Shown: positions 52,335 to 61,814 of the stretch, one piece after another
Layout of the letters: every line of letters begins with the position of its first letter
How positions within the stretch are numbered: position 1 is the stretch's first letter
Source of the DNA: Bispira polyomma
Taxonomy: Eukaryota
DNA length: 64,000 nt
Direction of reading: 5' to 3'
NCBI GenBank assembly: GCA_965649765.1
Contig: OZ287749.1
Coordinates: 88,226,001 to 88,290,000 of the forward strand
The notes under the pieces: model-generated
Seen by the model: only the letters and a program-made list of their open reading frames with translations
What the model was told of the DNA's origin: nothing
Database searches by the model: none
Program-made: the position numbers and the translations under genes

Positions 52335-52676
52335 CTAGCCCATAGCGCCCACACCAATCCCGAGTATAACTATGCTACACCCAGGTGTTGATGCAAGACA
52401 GTTATATGCGACAATGTCAATATGTTCCAAGGCGTGGTAGTAAATTATATCTATATCATTTAACCAGCAATAAGTTGCCCGCAGCATGTACTGTAGATCC
52501 CATCCTGACATCAGCATAGTGATATATCCTGTTACAATCAACTCCACACTGCCACTCCATGTAAGTGATAATCCAAACTGGCCAAGGCCAGAAGTAGCAG
52601 TGCCCAAGATATTACATCCAGGATGAGATCCCACTGCAGCCCCAAGTGCAATTCCATTTCCATATGTTATATCCAT
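52335..52676 (-). CDS. Uncharacterised 113-aa Gly-rich hydrophobic ORF between A2 and B2
   Basis: ATG-initiated and uninterrupted; fills 342 of the 461-bp spacer; its TAG abuts repeat B2. No recognisable domain. Confidence 0.4.
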   Translation of the reverse strand: MDITYGNGIALGAAVGSHPGCNILGTATSGLGQFGLSLTWSGSVELIVTGYITMLMSGWDLQYMLRATYCWLNDIDIIYYHALEHIDIVAYNCLASTPGCSIVILGIGVGAMG

Positions 52677-52795
52677 TCAAGCCATAGAATATCACCTCAA
52701 AATACAAAAATTATAGGTATAGTACATGAATAGCATTACATACATAATACAAACAATACCACAATTATAATACTAGGGATATGAATGGGTGGGAG

Positions 52796-53317
52796 GGAAA
52801 AAGATGTTCCTTCCTTGCTGGCTACCTTCACACTGATTTATAACTAGCACATTTGAACCCCAACTTTCCTAACCCACAAGAAGCCACATGGTTGAACCGC
52901 AGACAGCCCTGAGCTGTTCTATGTATTTTTAACTTTGTTTTTCCCAACTTTTTGTACTGAAGAGCTAAGGTGAAGGTTGACATTCCAAGCCAACTAAAAG
53001 GCTAAAGATATTTAATTTTTCGTTTCGCCTGACCCGTGTTGCTTACTCAACACATACACAGTCTACAAGTCAAAATTATATAGCTCAGAGATGCACAAGT
53101 TCAAATCCATTTGAGTCCTTGCTGATAATGGCACTTGAAATTTGACCTTTTACATATGGCAATGTTTACACTATAATTTTTTTCATAAACACAATGCAAC
53201 AACACTTTGGGGCATTTTATTAATATCACATGACACATTTGGTTAAAACATAAAACTGCGCTTTTTAGTCTAAAAGTTAGCCTTGTTACTTTTATTTACA
53301 AAAAAAAAGAGTTCCCA
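52796..53317 (-). repeat. Ngaro internal B1-A2 junction
   Basis: A2 (52796-53058) matches 58417-58679 with about 2 mismatches; B1 (53058-53317) matches 52076-52334; the two are joined at ...caacacatacacagtctac... Confidence 0.95.
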
Positions 53318-53324
53318 AAACCAA

Positions 53325-54379
53325 TTAATTTGTAGTAATGTATTTTTTTAAGGTATTTGCAACCGAAGCAGCCGCTTCTGGAGTGGATTCAAGGTAGTGC
53401 CATATTGCTTGACTTCTCCACCCACCATGTGCCTGTATACTTTGCAACTGTAGATCTTTATTAAACGCAAATGAGGCGCCTGAGCGCCTAAATGCATGAA
53501 ATCCATAATTTTTATATTCAATTCCCAATGTAGAGAAACTTTTGCCAATGCTTTCCTAACTTTGTAAGCCATCAGCGATACCAAACCTTTTCCTTGCCGA
53601 ATAGCAAAAAGAGGGGAATCCCCAGCAATTTTGTGCAATCTAATGTGTTTCTGAATAGCCATAACAGGACACACTGGTGAGTGCTTGAGCTGTGGAATTT
53701 GTACAACTTGGACTTTATTTGCCCCTTGCATGGCTTTGTGCCATTTGACCACTATATGACCACCTGGTTCGGCAAAGATAACATCATTCACTGTAAATTG
53801 CCTGGTAGGATCAAAACCAAACATGGAAGCAGGCACCATGTTGGAAAGCCTGAAAAACCCATAGTAGGCTACTAAAAAAATTGCCTTATATGTTATTCCA
53901 TTGCATATGTGATTGCAAGCCAAAGCTATTTTTTCCATATCTTTGATTGAGAACACACCCTTTATTACAGGTTTATAGGGTGCATTTGTTGCCACCAACT
54001 TCATAAATAAAGTTATTTTCATGTGTGCCAAATTTCTATGTTCTATATCATACAATTCAAAGAAATGCCTAATGGCCGAAAGATAGTTTTGAAGAGATTG
54101 AGCTGAGTTACCCTGAACAACCAAGTACTCCAGAAACATAAGCACCGTATCTAGTGCTGTTTTTGAAACCCTAAAATAAATAGCAAAGCTGAGAAACAAA
54201 TTAAATTTTCCTTTATACGCCCTGTCTGTACGTGGTCTTAAACCTGTACCCACTCTTGATGTTGCACCTTGTAGCAACCCGCTACTGTACCTAAAATTAA
54301 ATTGTAAAATCTGGCCAAAAATGATTATTGCTAATAGACCACCACTCACATTTATACAATTCCTGAACAATTGTCTCAT
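53325..54379 (-). CDS. Tyrosine recombinase (YR); frameshift near 53530
   Basis: N-terminal NYLSAIRHF; catalytic residues in GFFRLSN (R), HAFRRSGA (HxxR), HGGW and WHYL (Y); CPV motif. Confidence 0.92.
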
Positions 54380-56045
54380 TTAAATGTTTTCCTGAAAACC
54401 ATCTAGATAAAACATCAGCATGACCATTTTCCTTCCCATAAATATGTTTATACTCTAGTGTAATGTCATACTTTGCAGCCAAAACCCATATGGACCTTGC
54501 ACATGCCATAAGGAAGTCATCCCATATTTTCCCCGAATTTAAGGCATTGACAACCGCCATGTTGTCACACCAAACACACACTTTTTGATTTTCCCAATTT
54601 TTGGCCCAGAGCCTTAAAGCAACCAAAACATTAAGAATCTCGTAATGAACAATAGTAAGACCTTCTATGAAAACTGCTGGAAAAGTAGCTGCATATACAT
54701 TATTTAACCATTTTCCCCCTATCCCCGTAAGGGAGGCATCTACAAAGACCTGTACTTGTGGTTTGGCTGCATTGATAACGACCTTGCCATTATAGTACTG
54801 CAAAAATGAGTTAAACCATCTGAGATCTCTGTAAAATGATTCAGGCAAATCAACTTTTCCCTTGCCCTTAATACTACGCAATGTCTGTAACATCCTGCTG
54901 ACGAATAAACGTGCTGGATGTACACATTTATGCAGGTACAGTAATCTGCCTAACAAGCTTTGCATTTCCCTCTTAGACGCCCTAGTTTTTCCTGTCCAAT
55001 CCCTGCAGACCTGTTTTATTTCTGCTAATTTATCATCCGGGATAGAAATGACGCCCGTGGTTACATTAATATTGATACCCATGCATGTGAGCTCAGTAGA
55101 AGGTGGATCTAATTTGTCTGGGTTGATAGGCAAACCAAGATATCGAAATAAGTCTTGCAACGTTTGGTATGCTTTTTGTGCGTCCTGTGACGTCACAACC
55201 CCGATTACGTCATCGATGTAATTTAGTACACAGAAGCCCTTAGACGCCATGACGTCACGTAAGACGTCCGTGGTTCGCTGGCAAAGAGCACTTCCGGTTT
55301 TTAAGCCGAACGCTACACTTAGATCTATGTAGGTTTTACCTTCATGCTCAATTCCCATGACGTCATAGTCCCTAGGATCAAGACGCAAATTTCTAAAAGC
55401 CCTACTGATATCTGTTTTAAAGAGCCTAGCCTGAGGTCCTATATCTGTAATTTTTTGTACAATATGGTCCACAGTAGGGTACCTTAATTGAAAATTTTGA
55501 CCATCATATAAGTTATCAGTGATAGATGAATTCACAGAGGCACCATGAGGCCAACTTAAATCTATGATGATTCTACGCGAAGCATTTGGTTTTGGACGTG
55601 AAAGCATAGGAGAGTAATGCAACACCTCGAATATATTTCTGTCACAAGGACCCACAATGGCCTTGTGCTTAAGCTCTTTGATAATATAAATTCCGACATC
55701 CTCTGGGAACTTAAGAGCAGAGTAATGATTTTTTACTTTACTATTATGAACAATAATAGATCTATCAAGGCCGATAGGAAAGCCGAACTGTAAATATTCT
55801 ACTAACACAGAATCTTCATGATCCTTTAACAACATTTTCCAATTGTTGATACACAAATCTGAAGGGACTGGAATTCGCTCCTGCATGTAATTTGGTTTCC
55901 CACTTGCTTTAACTAAGTTATGACATTTGGCCACCCAATCCTGCAAGGAATCTGCCCTAACATGCTGTGTCATGTCCACATTAAAAGACCTATGTATAGG
56001 TGTAGATATAAACCCAACTTGTCTATTGGAACACATTATAAGCAT
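54297..56045 (-). CDS. DIRS/Ngaro reverse transcriptase plus RNase H
   Basis: RIIIDLSWP, KTDISRAFR, AFGLKTGS, NYIDDVIG, CMGI, SLLGRL (RT); FVDAS, YEIL, WCDNMAVV, NGHADVLSR (RNase H). Confidence 0.95.
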   Translation of the reverse strand: MLIMCSNRQVGFISTPIHRSFNVDMTQHVRADSLQDWVAKCHNLVKASGKPNYMQERIPVPSDLCINNWKMLLKDHEDSVLVEYLQFGFPIGLDRSIIVHNSKVKNHYSALKFPEDVGIYIIKELKHKAIVGPCDRNIFEVLHYSPMLSRPKPNASRRIIIDLSWPHGASVNSSITDNLYDGQNFQLRYPTVDHIVQKITDIGPQARLFKTDISRAFRNLRLDPRDYDVMGIEHEGKTYIDLSVAFGLKTGSALCQRTTDVLRDVMASKGFCVLNYIDDVIGVVTSQDAQKAYQTLQDLFRYLGLPINPDKLDPPSTELTCMGININVTTGVISIPDDKLAEIKQVCRDWTGKTRASKREMQSLLGRLLYLHKCVHPARLFVSRMLQTLRSIKGKGKVDLPESFYRDLRWFNSFLQYYNGKVVINAAKPQVQVFVDASLTGIGGKWLNNVYAATFPAVFIEGLTIVHYEILNVLVALRLWAKNWENQKVCVWCDNMAVVNALNSGKIWDDFLMACARSIWVLAAKYDITLEYKHIYGKENGHADVLSRWFSGKHLNETIVQELYKCEWWSISNNHFWPDFTI

Positions 56046-56083
56046 TTTATTTGAAATGTTATTTTGACGGCCGTGTCGCAGAC

Positions 56084-57203
56084 CTATAACATTTGATTGA
56101 GCTGTGGAAACTCAAGTGAGTTGTATTTTTTGCTGGCATCAGTCTGTTCTATGTCAGTTGTGCCGCCTATACTGTCACTATTTGTGTTATTATACTGACC
56201 GACAATCTGCTCTTGAATACTGTAAAGCATTTCCAGGTTAGTGACATCTGCATGTGCAATGTCATTAATGTCATGATGTGTCATGTCGTCTTCCTTAAAA
56301 TCATATATGTGGACATTATGCCCCTCTGTTCTACAGTCTTGATAAAATGTTTTAAAATCTGTTGAATTACCACTTATTTTATTCACCTTATCTGCTTGTA
56401 GGTCATCCCCTTTACAGCAACATGCAGAATTATTCAAGTGTACTACACTAAAAGCTGCAATATCATTATCAGTTTTTGTAAAGTTAAGATCAACTTGGCT
56501 GTCGGTTAAAAGTTCTGTGTGTGAAGGTAGCCTTAACGCAACGTCCATGTCAATCCCCACATTACAAGACTGTTTGTCACCTAGTCTATCAGCTGTTTCT
56601 AATAAGTGCTGTCTATCTTTATACTGTCCATAAAAGGAACACGTGTCATAGTCAGTGTCGTCCCTACACATATCATTGCCAGCGTGACCCCTGCAATCAT
56701 TAACACTAGGTTGCACTGAATCACACTCTGCCAATTCGTCTTTGTTCCCGGACATACACGAATCAGTTTTGATAGTGCCATTTGCCTCATATTCTGTCAT
56801 ATTACTGCCAAAAGTCCTGTCACAACTAATAACATTGTGCACTGACTGATCTAGCCCGCCATGACAAGAACTAGAGCCCTCCAGGGAAGCCCCTACTTTG
56901 TCCCCCCTTTTTACATATTTACAAACATTGTCACGTGTAGAGCTATACTGATTTATATGTGATATATTATTACACATATACACATTTCCCACATTCAATA
57001 CTAAAAGCAGGTTCCCTCCAAGGGGTGGGAAGAGCACCCTGCACTCGATGCACCTTGGATATGTTAAAACTTTGAACTGAACAATTAGAATTGAATTTTC
57101 TATTATTAAATCTATCTCTACTTGCTCTACTAGAATTTTTTACACTTTTGCTTGATGATTGTCTTTCTTTTCCCCGTTTTTTGACATACGAAAGCAGTCG
57201 CAT
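56084..57203 (-). CDS. Probable long low-complexity N-terminal extension of pol (two ORF pieces, frameshifted)
   Basis: ORFs 56970-57203 and 56084-57037 tile the gap between the gag slippery site and the RT ORF; D/S/N/C-rich, no domain recognised. Confidence 0.5.
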
Positions 57204-58248
57204 TGCTTATGTGGCAAGAATCTTTTTGTGGTGTTATAACAGAACAAACAAGCATGCTTCATGACTTGGTTACCTTCTGTGTGATCAGTCTGGGAACCAC
57301 AAGTGTTGTTATTAAATTTCAAACAAATATTCTCTCGTTTAGTTTGTCCCCCAGAATATTTTCCCCACTGCTGTGTACCATTAGATTGCAAAGTACGCTG
57401 TGTATTTCGCATGCGTATCTGTCAATAGTTTCAAAGTCATTCCAAGTACATTTTCCCCTTTCTATGGTTTGTAAAACAACACTATGGGCCCGTTTGACTG
57501 TTCCCCAGTTGGTTTCCATCGCATCTTGCATTAATAATTTAAGATACTCAAGCATGTTTTCTCTAATTTTTTGACTGCTCTCCTCCTGCATACATCCAAT
57601 AAACCCAAACATAAATTGAAATGGGGTCAACTCTTCATATTTAGGGTTTTTACCACTCATTCCCGTGTAACAAAATTCATGGGGCCATGGAACATGCACT
57701 TTACTTTTTTGGTCATTAACTCTATTTAAACCAGATTTACATTTTTTCGTACCTGAGTCTCTCTCGATTCCTTGCAGGTGCTGTATCTGTTGCTGGACCT
57801 GCTTCTGTATCTGCTCACTGGTACGTAGAAATTGTGGATCTGGTAACGCACTGTCCTTGACCTCAGAAGAATCAGGTCGCACACTCGCCATCTGTTTCTT
57901 CCTAGCAGACACGCGGTACTTGGTAGAACAGTGGTGCCCCCGTTTAGGCAAACTATGTGACACCACGCTCAAAGAATGTTCATTCTGTGCGTCCATTTTC
58001 TGCTCCAGCCTCTTGTTATTCTCCTCCAACACAGTGATCTTAGCCAGTATCATTGCTAGAGCACCCTCTGTCTGGCTGCCCTCAGTCGCTTCAATCAGTC
58101 GGTTCTCTCCACCCTCTGCGCCCTCGGAAACAGCTGGCTGTTCACGGCCCTCACCATCCTGGTTCAAAATGCAGTTTCTTCCTACAGGTCGCTCGTGGTG
58201 GGACTCCTTTCCCCAGCTCTCACATGTTTTACAGAAGAACTTGGACAT
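57140..58248 (-). CDS. Ngaro gag-like ORF1; frameshift near 57410
   Basis: MSKFFCKTC..H..P.G..C N-terminal Cys/His cluster; KSG..WPHEF..YEELTPFQFMFGF..LMQDA...WGTVKRAH core; C-terminal CLKFN..C...H...HAC..C...H...C finger. Confidence 0.85.
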
Positions 58249-58416
58249 ACTGCAATAGAGTAGAATCTTCTCCTCCCAACAACAAAACCCGGCTTGCCTG
58301 TTTATAAATATCAAGTGCACTAGGCAGATACTTTCAAATTTCCCCCCTTTTTATTTTACTTGATATTCCCAATTCAGAGCTTTATTATGGAAGCCCGACA
58401 AGCCGTGTCTTGTTGT

Positions 58417-58679
58417 GGAAAAAGATGTTCCTTCCTTGCTGGCTACCTTCACACTGATTTATAACTAGCACATGTGAACCCCAACTTTCCTAACCCACAA
58501 GAAGCCACATGGTTGAACCGCAGACAGCCCTGAGCTGTTCTATGTATTTTTAACTTTGTTTTTCCCAACTTTTTGTACTGAAGAGCTAAGGTGAAGGTTG
58601 ACATTCCAAGCCAACTAAAAGGCTAAAGATATTTAATTTTTCGTTTTGCCTGACCCGTGTTGCTTACTCAACACATACA
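58417..58679 (-). repeat. Ngaro split direct repeat A1
   Basis: Near-identical to 52796-53058. Confidence 0.95.
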
Positions 58680-61600
58680 AACACATGTACAATAGTGTTA
58701 TAAAACTAAAAGATGTACATATTTATAATGGGTGACTGTACGTAGTATTTAAAAAAAAATTAGGCAATTGAAGTTTGGTTTCGACATGTCATTGCTATTT
58801 CAACATTTTTGCAGACATTACTAGTATTTTATTTCCTAGGCAGGTGACTGGCTCATCTGATATTTAATAGATGACACATGTTTTATCCTAATATTAAAAT
58901 AAGTAAAAAGTAACGGTGTCAGAAAAAAAGTACACTCTGGTGACCTCAAGATGAAAACATAGACATAGTCTAAAAGCTGGATCAACTCTGGATGGGGCCT
59001 CTAATAACACAATTCTGAAATAGGATAAAACACTAGTCCAGCAATATGTCAATGTAAAATGGTTGTTGTTCATGAGATTGTTTTCCTTTTGATTGTTTTA
59101 CTCACTTCACGACAATACTTCTGCAATTTCTGGTGTTTTTTGCTAAATATATCCTTATGAATCGACTTATAATAGAAAGGAAACCTCTGCAATTTCTGTT
59201 CTTTTTTATGAATCAACTTATAAAAAAAGTAAAACTTAAAATAAAAGAAACACATTTTGAAGAATAGGTCTGAGCAGCTTGAGGCAATAGATACTTCAGT
59301 AAATTTGAACTTCTTGAAGAGAAGATTTAGGAAGAAAAATTGTTATTTTGAAGTTTTGAAAGCAGTAAGAAATACAATAATCAAAAGAGCAAAACTCATA
59401 GTTTAAATACAATGATCTTCACCTGATAAAACCAAGTCCTTTCAGCTTTAATAAATTTGATATACTTAGTAAAGGCACATTTGAAGTAGTTTTTTTCATA
59501 TGTCATGTAGAGATTAAAGGAATTTACATAGTTGTTTACAAATAATCATTATTGTTTATTATTATGATTATCGCAAAACCACTAAAATGTTTGGAGATTT
59601 TTGTGATGTTAAAATAATAGGCATATTTTTTATGTCTCTAGGATTGTTTATAAGGGAAATTACAGAACAAAACAAGAGAAACAATAAGTCTGTTTGTTCT
59701 GAAAAAAGAGGATTTTTTAAGCCCCAGGAAGCCTCATCTGCAAAGACAATCTCTATTTAAGCAGCATACATGCAATTCTCTACAAAGATTTTATGTTGAG
59801 CTTTCACTATTAAGATGTAAGATCACTGTGTGGCAGTCATCAGTGCATTGTCTATATAATTATGAAAAAAAATTCCATCGAGATTGTTTGTATGATCAGC
59901 CCAGTATTTATCTTGGTGATTTTGTCAATAAGCCTAAATTTAGAATTGGAGTATTACATAGTGATTGCGAGGAGTTATTTTGAAATGCTACCAAGAACAA
60001 GTGTTGGTATCATCATCAGTTGTGACATGTCATGCCTATATTTTATTTCCAGGAACCATGTGATGGAATTACTTGACTAAGTATTTGTACAAATAAATTT
60101 AGAATGTTGTGTAATAGTATGACTTTACTTTGCTACTTTGTTTTTAGCACATATTGTGTCATATCATATTTGATATTGCATTACAAAAAGTAGTGGTCTA
60201 GTATACTACTTGAAATATTAAGGTGAAGTCGTTTAAGATGCCATTGAATAACTTGAAATTCCAACATCACAGTAAGTTCCCATAAGCAGTGGTATTATCA
60301 TTGACTATCACTAAATTAAAGATGGAATGCAAAACATTCAGTGATTTAAGTGATATGCCCAAAATAGACCTATGTGTGATCCTACAGCATACGGATTTAG
60401 ACTGTGAGAGCATTGACCCTTATGAAGGATATCATACTTGTGATATAAACCATGCTAAACCAGGTCAAAACGCTCCCCTTAGATAATATAGTAGAACATC
60501 TATTATTTGAATATGAAGGTAGCATCAAAGATTTAGTTTGGGTAATAGAATGCTAAAAAAACAGAAGACACATTTTAGTATAAACTAATAGGAAAATAAA
60601 AATTTAAGAGATTGAAAATGTGTTTTATAAAACTGAATATTTAGATTATGAAAGCTCAGAAAATAAGTTTTTTACTGTAATAAACTCATACTTAGACACG
60701 TAGATATAGGCCTAATACATTGTCCCAATCCAGATCAAGTAATTTTACATGGTAAAGAAATAAAGTCATGTTGGGGGCTGTATATAAACTACCCTAAATT
60801 TACTTGTAAGGTACTATTATTAAACTATTTTGACTAAAGGTAATTGGTTCATGTTCAATAATCACTGCTTTTTTTATAATTGTTAATTTCCTTTTTAAGA
60901 TTGCAACTCACTTTTGCGTTATATCCTTTTTCAGTGATTAATTGGTTTACCAAAGCTCTGACATGAGCTGGTTTGGATGAATTTAGAAACCTGTGAGGGA
61001 TAGGGTTATTAACTATATTTTTTTGATTTTCACACATTTCATATTTTTGAATGACCTCTATTTCCTTTACACTAGCCTTAGAGAAATCTACCAAGTGGTT
61101 ATTGTAAATGTCTAAATTAACTCAGGAATATATAAATGCAAAGGTAAAATCTATTTCAGGTTTCCTAGGTTCTGTACATTTAGTTTTGTAGAAGTAAAAT
61201 GCTTAAGAAGAATCTATGTTAAATACTACCCAATACATACACTGGAATCTCTACACAGTGTTGAGACTTCCTCAAAGAAAGATACAAAATTTTTCTCCAC
61301 TATAACTAGACATAAAAGTAATATGTGCTACATATCAACATTCACACAAGGCTATTGTGGGCAAGTCTCTACACTCTACAATCTCATCATGTTAAGGGAT
61401 CAAGATTTTGTTCGAATGACTGAGGGTTCCACAAAATAGTAGAACCATGTCAGTTTATTAGAAAAACATATTTTTAAGAATTGAAAAGTGACTATTAATC
61501 AAACATTTGGGTAGATTGTATAATAGAGGTTCCACTGTATAGTGAGCAGAAGTACTAATTGGTGGAGTATTTTTCAGCATTTTTTCCCCAGTCATATGAA

Positions 61601-61814
61601 ATGTGCTCTTAGCACAAAAAAAAAAACGAGTATGAACATACAAAATTGTACAGATGTATAAATTTGAAAATTGACGAAGTGAACTATCAGATAATTATAT
61701 GTTTCATATATGGCTTATACAAGACTGTCATCTTTTTATATACACAATACTTTTAAATTTAAAGCTATATTTTATAATGTTTTTCCACGAAAAGTTTTGT
61801 AAACAAAATCAACG

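Larger units (their letters stand above)
52076..58679 (-). mobile_element. Complete Ngaro-type (DIRS order) tyrosine-recombinase retrotransposon
   Basis: Minus-strand order: A1(58417-58679), gag, RT/RNaseH, YR, B1(53058-53317), A2(52796-53058), spacer, B2(52076-52334). No methyltransferase domain, no TSD; empty site in unit A at ~40265. Confidence 0.95.
43931..61760. repeat. Tandem segmental duplication, unit B (enlarged by the Ngaro and other insertions)
   Basis: Collinear with 32581-~42745 once 46553-47075, 49662-49874 and 52076-58679 are removed. Confidence 0.92.

Noticed and set aside
52076-58679. LTR retrotransposon, prophage integrase or DIRS1-type element
   Set aside because: No DDE integrase or protease, no TSD, direct split repeats rather than LTRs or ITR/ICR, and no methyltransferase; this fits Ngaro.
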